Of a DNA stretch of 64,000 nt, positions 12,087-24,111 are shown piece after piece. Source of the stretch: Squalus acanthias (Eukaryota). Location: the NCBI GenBank assembly GCA_030390025.1, contig CM059432.1, positions 62,001-126,000 of the forward strand, given 5' to 3'. Each line of letters opens with the position of its first letter. Within the stretch, counting starts at the first letter, position 1. Under the pieces are notes generated by a model, which saw nothing but the letters and a program-made list of their open reading frames with translations, ran no database searches and had not been told where the DNA came from. A program made the position numbers and the translations under genes.

Positions 12087-13456
12087 TGTAAGCTTCGCAA
12101 AATTCCCCAGGAACTCGTATAGAACCCTAAAAAGTGTTGATTTTTTGATTTTTCATACGAATTTGGGATGATGGGACCTAAATGAAGTGATTTGAGGCCA
12201 AAACCTCAGTTTTGGACATTTTTAAAGATCAGGGAAGAAAACCCCTGAGGAAAATGACTTTTGGATATAACTATTGGGAAAAACACCTTTCACAGACACA
12301 AGACAGGCTGCGGAGGGGTGTGGCGAGGCAGTGGACAGCTTTTGGCTTTGGGGCCCAGTCAAGCTGTCTGGAAATTGTTTGCACTGCAATCCAAGCAGGA
12401 GGAAGAGCCTCACCCAAAACCTCACAAACACATCCAAAATTGAATAATTCAGGACACCTTTTGAAAATCCCCAGTCAAGAAACCTAAAACGCGAGGACAA
12501 TGCAAACTCCGATTAAGCAACAGATCGACAGGATGGAGCTAAACAAAACCAGTTAACACGCTGGTAAAGTCGTTACTGTTAACAAGGTCTTACAATGAGC
12601 AGGATTTGATTTGGTTTTGATAAGGCCACTTCAATTTAGTATAATTGAAGGCCCATCAAGCAGTTACAGCAGTTGAAGTTCTCCAGTAAAACAGTTCAAG
12701 TTCAACAGAATTGAAAACCTCTGTTGAACAGAGTTCAGACAAGCAGGCAGAAGGCAGTTTCCACAGTTCTGCAAGAAGGCAGTTCCACAGCTCGGAAGAA
12801 GACAGTTTAAACAGAAGTGAGAAGTCGCACAACACCAGGTTATAGTCCAACAGTTTTATTTGAAATCACAAGCTTTCGGAGCTGCTGCTCCTTCGTCAGG
12901 TGAAGTGAAGGAATACGAATCGGCAAAGCATATAGAGACAGAGAACAGAATTTAAACAGAGGCAGAGTTACAGCAAGAAGTTCAACAAAGAAGGCCAACA
13001 ACTTCACAAGCAGACCGACACGCAGGAAGAAACCAGAGCGACTGCCTCAGTGACCATCGGACAACTCGCGGCAACAAGGGCCTCACCAAACCTTTTACTC
13101 AAAAGACTCTAAACCCTAACTCTCAACTGTCAAGGATTCGTTTGGTGAGCATTATCCCTGGTTCTCCAGAGTCCAACCGAGCTAGTGAAGTGGGATTGGG
13201 AGGGGTGAAGTATTCTTCGAAGGTTATTTCCCTCGTTTGTACCGAAGTGTTCCCCACCTTTAGAGTGTTAAGAGTGTTTGTGTTGTGTTTTACTTCCTTG
13301 AATAAAAGTCAAAGTTCTTACATCAGAACCTGTTGTCTGCTGCACCTTTGTTCACAACCCCCAAATAAGTCCAAGGTCTAGAACCAGGGGCGTGGGAGCG
13401 ATTCGAACCGCTCACTGAGTCAGAGGTGAGGCTGACCCCCCACACCACCCCCTACA
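12087..13456 (+). mobile_element. Solo LTR (1370 bp) inserted in the CT microsatellite
   Basis: TGTA...TACA termini, CTCT on both flanks, AATAAA at 13301, no coding capacity. Confidence 0.7.
12866..12903 (-). ncRNA. Minimal type-I hammerhead ribozyme (Penelope-type)
   Basis: Minus strand: TCAC-CTGACGA-A-GGAGC(AGCA)GCTCC-GAAA-GCTT-GTGA, giving stem I, the conserved core, a perfect stem II and a palindromic stem III. Confidence 0.75.
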
Positions 13457-14041
13457 CTCTCTCTCTCTCACTCTCTCTCTCTCACTCACACTCTCTCTCT
13501 CTCTCTCGCTCTCTCACTCTCTCTCTCTCGCTCACACTCTCTCTCTCGCTCTCGCTCTCTCTCTCACACTCACACTCTCTCTCTCTCTCTCTCTCGCTCT
13601 CTCTCTCACACTCTCTCTCTCATTCTGTCTCTCTCTCTCACTATCTCGCACATTCTCTCTCTCTCACTCTCTCTCTCTCACTCTTTCACTCTCTCTCTCT
13701 CACTCTGTCTCTCTATCTCACTCTCTCTCACATTCTCTCTCTCACTCACTCTCTCACACTCTAACTCTCTCTCACTCTCTCACTCTCACTCTCTCTCTCA
13801 CACACTCTCTCTCTCACTCTCACACTCTTGCTCTCTTTCGCTCTCACACTCTCTCTCTCACACTCTCTCTCACACACTCTTTCTCACACTCTCCCTTTCA
13901 CACTCTCTCTCTCTCTCTCTTACACTCTCTCTCTCACACACTCTCTCTTTCACACTCTCTCACTCTCTTTCTCACACTCTCTTTCTCACACTCTCTCTCT
14001 CACACGCTCTCTCTCTCACACTCTCTCTCCCACACTCTCTG
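13457..14041. repeat. Compound (CT)n/(CA) microsatellite
   Basis: Direct reading; paralog 54242-54824. Confidence 0.97.
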
Positions 14042-14058
14042 TCAGTCTCTTTCAGCAT

Positions 14059-14597
14059 TACTGAGGGAGCGCCGCACTGTCGGAGGGGCAATACTGAGGG
14101 AGAGCCGCACTGTCGGAGGGGCAGTACTGAGGGAGGGCTGCACTGTCGGAGGGGCAGTACTGAGGGAGCGCTGCACTGTCTGAGAGGCAGTACAGAGGGA
14201 GAGCCGCACTGTCGGAAGGGCAGTACCGAGGGAGCGCCGCACTGTCGGAGGGGCAGTACTGAGGGAGCGCCGCACTGTCGGAGGGGCAGTACTGAGGGAG
14301 CGCCGCACTGTCGGAGGGGCAGTACTGAGGGAGCGCCGCACTGTCGGAGGGGCAGTACTGAGGGAGAGCTGCACTGTCGGAGGGGCAGTACTGAGGGAGC
14401 GCTGCACTGTCGGAGGGGCAGTACTGAGGGAGCGCGGCACTGTCGGAGGGTCTGTACTGAGGGAGCGCTGCACTGTTGGAGGGGCAGTACTGAGGGAGCG
14501 CCGCACTGTCGGAGGGGCAGTACTGAGGGAGTGCTGCACTGTCGGTGGAGCAGTACTGAGGGAGCGCCGCACTGTCGGAGGGGCAGTACTGAGGGAG
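14059..14597. repeat. 33-bp minisatellite (actgagggagcgccgcactgtcggaggggcagt), ~16 copies
   Basis: Direct reading; it produces the spurious SLSTAPPTVRR repeat ORF. Confidence 0.95.
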
Positions 14598-16328
14598 TTC
14601 TTCTTCTTCTTAGGCAGTCCCTCGGAACCGAGGATGACTTGCTTCCACACTAAAAATAAGTTCTCAGGTGACTGATGAATCCAATGTGGGACCTACAGTC
14701 TTTGTCACAGGTGGGGCAGACGGTGGTTGAAGGGGTGGGTGGGTGGGGTACTTGGGATGACGTGCGCTGTTTGCTCCCGGTGAAGAGAGTCGAGGTGTTC
14801 GACGCCTTCCCGGATGCTTCTCCTCCACTTTGTGCGGTCTTGGGCCAGGGATTCCCAGGTGTCGGTGGGGATGTTACACTTTTTCAAGGAGGCTTTGAGG
14901 GTGTTCTTGAAGCATTTTCTCGGTCCACCTGGGGCTCTCTTGCCGTGTCGGAACTCCGAGTAGAGCGCTTGTTTTGGGAGTCTCGTATCGGGCATGCGGA
15001 CGATGTGACCCATCCATCGGAGCTGATCGAGCGTGGTCAAAGCTTCGATGCTGGGGATGTTGGCCTGAGCGAGAACACTGACGTTGGTGCGCCTATCCTG
15101 CCAATGGATTTGCAGGATCTTGCAGAGGCAGCGTTGGTGGTATCTCTCCAGTGCTTTGAGGTGCCAGCTGTCCATGGTCCATGTCTCTGAGGCATACAGG
15201 AGGGTGGGTATCACTACTGCTCTGTAGACCATGAGCTTAGTGTCGGGTTTGAGGTCCTGGTCTTCAAACACTCTCTTCCTCCGGGGACAAAGGCTGCACT
15301 AGCACACTGAAGGCGGGGTTGGACTTCGTCATCGATGTCTGCCCTTGTTGAGGGAGTGCAGCGAAGATTCACCAGACTGATACCTGGGATGGCAGGAATG
15401 ACGTATGAAGAGAGATTGGGACGATTAGGCTTATATTCGCTAGAGTTTAGAAGAATGAGAGGGGATCTCATTGAAACTTATAAAATTCTAACAGGACTAG
15501 ACAGACTAGATGCAGGAAGGATGTTCCCGATGGCGGGGGAGTCCAGATCCAGGGGTCACAGTCTAAGGATAAGGGGTAAGCCATTTAGGACTGAGATGAG
15601 GATGAATTTCTTCACCCAGAGAGTGTTGAAACTGTGAAATTCTCTATCACATAAGGCAGTTGAGGCCAATTCATTAAATATATTCAAGAAGGAGTTAGAT
15701 ATATTTCTTAAGGCTAAAGGGATCAAGGGATATGAGGAGAAAGCAGGGACAGGGTACTGAATTTGGATGATCAGCCATGATCTCATTAAATGGAGGAGCA
15801 GGCTCGAGGGGCCGAATGGCCTACTCCTGCTCCTATCTTCTATGTTGACAGTAGGCTCCCAAGGTATGGAAAGTGGTCCACGTTGTCCAAGGCCTCGTCA
15901 TCGATTTTGATAATCGGGGGGCAGTACTGTGTAGCAGGGGCAGGTTGGTAGAGGACCTTTGTCTTACAGATGTTTAGTGTAAGGCCCATGCTCTCGTACG
16001 CTTCGGTGAAGGTGTTAATGCTGGTTTGGAGTTCGGCCTCAGAGTGAGCGCAGACGCAAGCATCGTCTGCCTACTGTAATTCGATGACAGAGGATGGGAC
16101 GACCTTGGATCTGGACTGGAGGCGACGGAGGTTGAACAGTTTCCCGTTTGTTCTGTAGATTAGCTCCACTCCAGCGGGGAGCTTACTGAGGGTGTGTTGG
16201 AGCATTGCAGCCAGGAATATCGAGAAGAGCATTGTGCGATGGCACAGCCTTGCTTGACCCCGGTCCGTACGTGAATTGGGTCTGTGGTAGATCCGTTGGT
16301 CAGGATCACGGCTTGCATGTCATCGCGA
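14598..16328 (-). mobile_element. RTE-clade LINE 3' part with (GAA)n tail, interrupted by a + strand CR1 fragment 15352-15842 (TSD TGTTGA)
   Basis: ORF 14705..15271 has RTE C-terminal motifs (LLYASETW, QLRWMGHIVRM, RLPKQALY). The paralog shows LQYADD. Confidence 0.88.
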
Positions 16329-17685
16329 GGGTTAGCCTAACATCAGTAGTAGAGAAAATGCTAGAGTCTATTCTAAAGGATGTGATAACAGGACACTTAG
16401 AAAATATCAACGGGATTAGACAAAGTCAACATGCATTTATGAAAGGGAAATTGTGTTTGACAAACCTACTGGAGTTTTTTGAGGATGTAACTGGTAGAAT
16501 AGATAAAGGAGAAACAGTGGATGTGGTGTATTTGGATTTTCAGAAGGTCTTTGATAAAGTCCCACATAAGAGGTTCGTGTGCAAAATTAAAGCACATGGG
16601 ATTGGGGTAATATACAGGCATGGATTGAAAATTGGTTAACAGACAGGAAACAGAAAGTAGGAATAAATGGGTCTTTTTCGGGGTGGCAGGCGGTGACTAG
16701 TGGGGTACCGCAGCGATCAGTGCTTGGGCCCCAGCTATTCACAATATATATCAATGATTTGGATGAGGGAACCAAATGTAATAGTTCCAAGTTTGCTGAC
16801 GACATGAAACTAGGTGGGATTGTGAGTTGTGAGGAGGATGCAAAGAGGCTTCAAGGCGATTTAGACAAGTTGGGTGAGTGGGCAAATACATGGCAGATGC
16901 AGTATAACGTGGATAAATGTGAAGTTATCCACTTCGGTAGGAAAAACAGAACGCAGAGCATTATTTAAATGTTGATAGATTGGGAAATGTTGATGTACAA
17001 AGGGACCTGGGTGTCCTTGTACACCAGTCACTGAAAGCAAACATGCAGGTGCAGCAAGCAATTAGGAAGGCAAATGGCATATTGGCCTTGATTGCAAGAG
17101 GATTTGAGTACAGGAGCAAGGATGTCTTACTACAGTTGTACAGGGCCTTGGTGAGACCACACCTGGAGTACTGTGTGTAGTTTTGGTCTCCTTACCTAAG
17201 TAAGGATATACTTGCCATAGAGGGAGTGCAGCGAAGGTTCACCAGACTGATTCCTGGGATGGCAGGACTGTCCTATGAGGAGAGATTGGGTCGAGTAGGC
17301 CTGTATTCACTAGAGTTTAGAAGAATGAGAGGGGATCTCATTGAAACGTATAAAATTCTGACAGGGCGAGACAGACTGGATGCAGGGAGGATGTTTCCCC
17401 TGGCTGGGGGGGTCTAGAACGAGGGTTCACAGTCTCAGAATACGGGGTAGGACATTTAGGACTGAGATGAGGAGAAATTTCTTCACTCAGAGGGTGGTGA
17501 ACCTGTGGAATTCTCTACCACAGAAGGCTGTGGAGGCCAAGTCACTGAATATATTTAAGAAGGAGATAGATAGATTTCTAGACACAAAATGCGTCAAGGG
17601 GTATGGGGAGAGAGTGGGAATATGGTATTGAGATAGAGGATCAGCCATGATCATATTGAATGGCGGAGCAGGCTGGAACGGTCGA
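16329..17685 (+). mobile_element. 5'-truncated CR1 (RT to 3' UTR), degenerate; paralog 57111-58470
   Basis: ORF pieces with YLDFQK.FDKVPH, GVPQ.SVLGP and KFADD. Confidence 0.9.
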
Positions 17686-17740
17686 ATGTACAAAGGGACC
17701 TGGGTGTCCTTGTACACCAGTCACTGAAAGCAAACACAAA

Positions 17741-18173
17741 TCCCGAGACTCGAGGCCCAGACCGAGCTATTGGGAGCAGCAGTGAGAGCGGACCGGCCTG
17801 TGAGGGAACAGGCGAAGGAGGAGCGAGGAATTAAAGCCCGAGGCTCGAGGCCCAGACCGAGCTATTGGGAGCAGCAGCGAGAGCGGACCGACCTGTGAGA
17901 GAACAGGCAAAGGAGGAGCGAGGAAATAAAGCCTGAGGCTCGAGGCCCAGACCGAGCTATTGGGAGCAGCAGCGAGAGCGGACCGGCCTGTGAGGGAACA
18001 GGCAAAGGAGGAGCGAGGAAATAAAGCCTGAGGCTCGAGGCCCAGACCGAGCTATTGGGAGCAGCAGCGAGAGTGGACCGACCTGTGAGGGAACAGGCGA
18101 AGGAGGAGCGAGGAAATAAAGCGCGAGGCTCGAGGCCCAGACCGAGCTATTGGGAGCAGCAGCGAGAGTGGAC
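17741..18173 (+). repeat. 95-bp tandem monomers (~4.5) forming a CR1 5' UTR
   Basis: cgaggcccag recurs at 17751, 17846, 17941, 18036 and 18131, directly upstream of ORF1. Confidence 0.9.
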
Positions 18174-18402
18174 CTCAACAGACAATATTCGAAAGTGACG
18201 TCAGAGATTAAAAGTGACGTCAGCGCAAGAGGAGGAGCTGATTGGTCAGTAGGACCTGATGAGTATTTCTACAGCCCAGTGGTTAAAGTAAAAGTAAGGT
18301 CTCTAGTTTAGAGTAAGTAGTGTTTAAAGTGAAGTAAGGTCACTAATGTATTTAATATTCTTTAATTTATAGGAAGTAAAGGGAGTAAATTAAGGGTAGG
18401 AC

Positions 18403-19353
18403 ATGGCAGGGCAGCTCGGCAGCATGGAGTGCTCCTCCTGTGCTATGTGGGAAGTCAGGGACACTTTCGGTGTCCAGGGTGAACACGTGTGCAGGAAGTG
18501 TCTCCAGCTGCAGCTACTCGAAATCCGTGTTTTGGAGCTGGAGCTGCGGCTGGAGTCACTGTGGAGCATCCGTGAGGCTGAGATCTTCGAGGATAGCACG
18601 TTTAACAAGGTGGTCACACTGCAGGTAAAGAGTGCACAGGCAGAAAGGGAATGGGTGACCGCCAGACAGAGTAAAAGAACTAGGAAGGTAGTGCAGGCGT
18701 CCCCTGGGTCCATCTCCCTCGCCAACAGATTTTCCGTTTTGGATACTGCTGGGGGAGATGGTTTTTCAGGGGAATGCAGCAAGAGCCAAGTCCATGGCAC
18801 TACGAGTGGCTCAGCTGCACAGGAGGGGAGGAAAGAGAGTGGGAGAGCAATAGTGATAGGGGTTTCTATCGTAAGGGGAACAGATAGATGTTTCTGTGGC
18901 CGCAGACATAACTCCAGTATAGTATGTTGCCTCCCTGGTGCCAGGGTCAAGGATGTCACTGAGCAGCTGCAGGACATTCTGAAGGGGGAGAGTAAACAGC
19001 CAGAGGTCGTGGTCCATATCGGTACCAACGACATAGGTAGAAAGAGGGACGAGGTCCTGCAAGCAGAATATAGGGAGCTAGGAAATAAATTAAAAAGCAG
19101 GACCTCAAAGGTGGTAATCTCAGGATTACTCCTAGAGACACGGGCTAGCGAGAGCAGAAATAGGAGAATAGACCAGATGGATGCATGGCTGGAGAGATGG
19201 TGTAGGAGGGAGGGATTTAAATTCCTGAGGCATTGGGACCGATTCTGGGGAAGGTGGGACCTGTACAAGCTGGATGGGTTACACCTCGGCAGAAACGGGA
19301 CCAATATCCATGCAGGGGGGTTTGCTAGTGCTGTTGGGAAGGATTTAAACTAG
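18403..19353 (+). CDS. CR1 ORF1p: N-terminal CxxC...CxxC zinc finger, coiled coil and SGNH-esterase domain (316 aa)
   Basis: CSSCAMW...CRKC, HIGTND, DGLH. The GDS motif is mutated to GVS in this copy. Confidence 0.88.
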   Translation: MAGQLGSMECSSCAMWEVRDTFGVQGEHVCRKCLQLQLLEIRVLELELRLESLWSIREAEIFEDSTFNKVVTLQVKSAQAEREWVTARQSKRTRKVVQASPGSISLANRFSVLDTAGGDGFSGECSKSQVHGTTSGSAAQEGRKESGRAIVIGVSIVRGTDRCFCGRRHNSSIVCCLPGARVKDVTEQLQDILKGESKQPEVVVHIGTNDIGRKRDEVLQAEYRELGNKLKSRTSKVVISGLLLETRASESRNRRIDQMDAWLERWCRREGFKFLRHWDRFWGRWDLYKLDGLHLGRNGTNIHAGGFASAVGKDLN

Positions 19354-19410
19354 TTTGTCAGGGGGCTGGGAACCGAAGTGTGGGCCCAGAACGGAGAGAA
19401 ACAAAGCTGG

Positions 19411-22400
19411 TAAAAGAAGGGATAAATGCAATTAAAAGGAAGGATATTAACTCAGTTAATACAGAATCTATATGGGTGGAGCTAAGAAATAGCGAGGGGC
19501 GAAAAACATTAATAGGAGTGGTATATAGGCCTCCAAATAGTAAAATAGAGGTTGGGGAGGGCATCACGAGGGAAATTAGAGAAGCGTGCAATAAGAGCAC
19601 AGCTGTCATCATAGGTGACTTTAACTTACATATAGATTGGAATAGCCTAATCAGTAAAAATAATGAGGAGGAGGAATTCCTTGAGTGTTTAAGGGATGGT
19701 TATCTGGATCAATATGTCGAGGAACCAACTCGGGAACAGGCTATATTGGACTGGGTACTGTGCAATGAGAAGGGACTAATTAGTAATCTTGTTGTACGGG
19801 GACCCTTGGGTCAGAGCGATCATAACATGATCGATTTCTCACTCGAAATGGAGAGCGAAGAAATTGACTCAGATACTAAGGTCCTGAATTTAAACAAGGG
19901 GAATTATGATGCCATTAGACGGGAACTGAGTAGGTCTGATTGGACAACGTTCCTGGGAGGACTGGAGGTAGATAAACAATGGCAAGCATTTAAAGATAGA
20001 ATGACAAAATTGCAAAAATTGTTTATACCAATCTGGCATAAAAGGAAATCTAAAAAGGTGACTCAACCGTGGATAACAGGGGAAATTAGAGACAGCATAA
20101 AATCCAAAGATAGGGCGTATAAAATAGCCAAAAAAAGCGCCAGAGCGGAAGATTGGGAACAGTTTAAGATAGAGCAAAGGAGGACAAAGGGCTTAATCAA
20201 GAGGGGCAAAATAGCTTACGAAAGCAAGCTGGCGGAAAATATAAAAACTAACTCCAAAAGCTTTTATAAGTATATCAAGAGGAAAAGACTGGTGAAAACC
20301 AAAGTTGGCCCATTGCAGTCAGATACGGGGGAATATATAACGGGAAATAAAGAAATGGCAGACCAACTAAATGCATACTTTGGGTCAGTCTTTACGAAGG
20401 AAGACACAAAAAACCTCCCTGGGATATCGGGAAAAATAGGGACATTTGCAAAGGAGGAACTGACGCAAGTCAATATCTCTAAGGATATGGTGTTAAGGAA
20501 GCTAAAGGGATTGAAGGCGGACAAATCCCCAGGGCCTGATAACATGCATCCTAGGGTGCTGAAGGAGGTGGCCCTAGAGATAGCGGATGCACTAAGTATG
20601 ATTTTTCAGAATTCATTAGACTCGGGAACAGTGCCCATGGATTGGAGGGTAGCTAACGTTACCCCACTATTCAAAAAGGGGGGGTAGGGAAAAAGCAGGT
20701 AATTACAGACCTGTAAGCCTTACATCAGTTGTGGGCAAAATGCTGGAGTCCATCATTAAGGATGAAATAGCGGAGCACTTAGCAAATGGGGACAGGATAG
20801 GACAGAGTCAACATGGATTTACAAAGGGTAAATCGTGCTTGACTAATCTATTGGAATTTTTTGAGGGAGTAACTGGTAAAATAGATGGGGGAGAGCCAGT
20901 AGATGTGGTGTACCTGGACTTCCAAAAGGCCTTCGATAAGGTCCCACATAAAAGATTAGCAGGGAAAATTGAAGCTCATGGGATAAAGGGGAAAGTATTG
21001 ACGTGGATAGAGAACTGGCTGTCAGATAGAAAACAGAGAGTTGGAATAAACGGCTCATTTTCTGAATGGCAGGCAGTAACAAGTGGGGTACCACAGGGAT
21101 CTGTCCTGGGTCCCCAGCTGTTCACAATTTACATTAATGACCTGGATCAGGGAGTCGGATGCAGCATTTCCAAATTTGCAGACGACACTAAACTAGGAGG
21201 GGGGGTGGGCTCAGAGGAGGAGACCAGGAAGCTCCAGAGCGATTTGGACAGACTGGGTGATTGGGCGGATAAATGGCAGATGCACTATAATGTGGACAAG
21301 TGCGAAGTTATAATAAGAACATAAGAACATAAGAAATAGGAGCAGGAGTAGGCCAATCGGCCCCTCGAGCCTGCTCCGCCATTCAATAAGATCATGGCTG
21401 ATCTGATCCTAACCGCCAATCTACTATCTATCACAGAACCATCTCCTGCATCTAACAGAATTGCACACACGAAATAGGAGCAGAATCAGGCTACACAGTC
21501 CCTGGGCCCGCTCCACTACCCACAGGGCCATGACCGATCCGAACCTAGACTCATGTCCAAATTCCTGCCCGCTCCCCGTAACCCTTAATGCCCTTTACTT
21601 CTAGGAAACTGTCTATTTCTGTTTTAAATTTAATTAATGTTGTAGCTTCTACAGCTTTTTGTGGCAGCATATTCCATGGACCTACCACCCTCTGAGTGAA
21701 GTAGTTCCTCCTCATCTCAGTTTTGAAAGAGCAGCCCCTTATTCTAAGACTATGTCCCCTAGTTCTCGTCTCACCCGTCATCGGGAACATCCTCCCCGCA
21801 TCCACCCGATCCAACCCCTTCACAATCTTATATGTTTCAATAAGATCGCCTCTCATTCTTCTGAACTCCAATGAGTAGAGTCCCAATCTACCCAACCTCT
21901 TCTCATATGACCACCCCCTCATCCCCGGGATTAACCGAGTGAACCTTTTTTGCACTGCCTCGAGAGCAAGGATGTCTTTCCTTAAGTAAGGACACCAAAA
22001 CTGTATGCAGTATTCCAGGTGCGGTCTCACCAATACCTTGTACAACTGAAGCAATACCTCCCTATTTTTATATTCTATCCCCCTAGCAATGAAAGCCAAC
22101 ATTCCATTTGCCTTCTTAATCACTTGCTGCACCTGCATACTAACCTTTTGAGTTTCGTGCACCAGGACCCCCAGATCCCTTTGCACTTCAGTACTCTCCA
22201 GTTTCTTGCCATTAAGATAATAAATTGCTCTAGGATTTTTCCTGCCAAAGTGCATCACCTCACACTTTCCAGTGTTGTATTCCATCTGCCAAATCTCTGC
22301 CCACTTACTTAGCCTGTCTATGTCCCCTTGCAGGTTTTTTATGTCCTCCTCACTCACTACTTTCCCTCCCATCTTTGTATCATCTGCAAATTTTGATATG

Positions 22401-24111
22401 TTACACTTGGTCCCTTCCTCCAAATCGTTAATATAGATTGTGAAGAGTTGGGGACCCAGCACTGACCCCTGTGGAACACCACTAGTTACTGATTGCCAGT
22501 CTGAGAATGAACCATTTATCCCAACTCTTTGCTTTCTGTTAGATAGCCAATCCTCTATCCATGCCAGAATATTACCCCCAATCCCGTGATTTTTTACCTT
22601 AAGCAATAATCTTTTGTGTGGCACCTTGTCAAATGCCTTTTGGAAGTCTAAATACACTACGTCCACTGGTTCCCCTTTATCCACTCTATATGTTACTTCC
22701 TCAAAGAACTCCAGCAAATTTGTCAAACATGACTTCCCCTTCGTAAAACCATGCTGACTTTGTCCTATTAAATTATGATTATCCAAATGTCCTGTTACTG
22801 TTTCCTTAATAATGGACTCCAAAATTTTACCTACCACAGATGTTAGGCTAACCGGTCTATAGTTACCAGCCTTCTGTCTACTGCCCTTTTTAAATAAGGG
22901 TGTTACATTAGCAGTTTTCCAGTCTGCCGGGACCTTAGCGGAATCCAGGGAGTTTTGAAAAATTATTACCAATGCATCTACAATCCCTACCGCCACTTCC
23001 TTCAAGACTCTAGGATGTAAGCCATCAGGTCCAGGTGATTTATCCGCCTTGAGTCCCATTATTTTACCGAGTACCACTTCCTTAGTGATTTTGATCGTGT
23101 TTAGCTCCTCTCCCCCTATAGCCCCCTGTTTGTCCAGTGTTGGGATATTCTTAGTGTCCTCTACTGTAAAGACTGATACAAAATATTCATTCAGTGTTTT
23201 TGCCATCTCCATATTTCCCACCATTAATTTCCCGGTCTCATCCTCTAAGGGACCAACATTTACTTTAGCCACCCTTTTACTTTTTATATAACTATAAAAA
23301 CTCTTACTATCTGTTGGGTGCAGGAACGGGAGGGCAAATTATTATTTAAATGGCAATAAATTGGGAGAGGGGGAAGTACAGAGAGACCTGGGTGTTCTTG
23401 TACACCAGTCACTGAAGGCGAGCATGCAGGTGCAACAGGCGATCAAGAAGGCAAACGGTATGCTGGCCTTCATAGCAAAAGGGTTGGAATACAGGAACAG
23501 GGATACCTTGCTGCAGCTGTACAGGGCACTGGTGAGACCACACCTCGAGTACTGTGTACAGTTTTGGTCGCCTTATCTGAGGAAAGATGTTCTTGCCATG
23601 GAGGGGGTGCAGCGGCGATTCACCAGGCTGATACCAGGAATGGCGGGATTGACCTATGAGGAGAGACTATGTAGTTTAGGGATGTACACACTGGAGTTTA
23701 GAAGATTGAGAGGGGACCTCATAGAAGTGTATAAAATTCTGACAGGTCTAGACAGACTAGATGCAGAAGGAATGTTTCCCTTGGCGGGTGAGAACAGAAC
23801 TAGAGGACATAATTTAAGGATAAGGGCTAAACCATTTAGGACAGAAATGAGGGGGAATTTCTTCACTCAGAGGGTGGTGAACCTGTGGAACTCATTGCCA
23901 CAGAGGGCAGTGTACGCCAGCTCATTAAATATATTTAAGAGGGAATTAGATATATTTCTACTGGCAAAAGGGGTTAAGGGTTACGGAGAGAAGGCGGGGA
24001 CGGGATACTGAATTGGAGGATCAGCCATGATCTCATTAAATGGCGGAGCAGGCTCGAAGGGCCGGATGGCCTACTCCTGCTCCTATCTTCTATGTATCTA
24101 TGTATCTATGT
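19411..24111 (+). mobile_element. Nested 5'-truncated CR1 (second family), unit-1-specific, (tctatgta)n tail
   Basis: ORFs 19380..20687, 20731..21324 and 23361..24011. Empty site gctgg|aagtgc near 60193. Confidence 0.9.
21313..23312 (-). mobile_element. Third-level nested CR1 (antisense) with an uninterrupted 573-aa RT ORF at 21551..23272
   Basis: It interrupts the host CR1 at CEVI|(H)VGCRN; RT motifs are intact. Confidence 0.9.

Noticed and set aside
11246..12122. Long Ser/Leu and Glu/Arg ORFs (also 52029-52907 and 13426-14064)
   Set aside because: Translations of CT microsatellites.
14042..14650. 202-aa mucin-like repeat ORF; also CRISPR-like periodicity
   Set aside because: 33-bp head-to-tail minisatellite with no unique spacers and no cas genes, in a eukaryotic context.
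18403..19353. Co-opted ORF1 esterase gene (open in both units while ORF2 is dead)
   Set aside because: Many replacement changes, including GDS to GVS in one copy. A short ORF staying open is plausible by chance.
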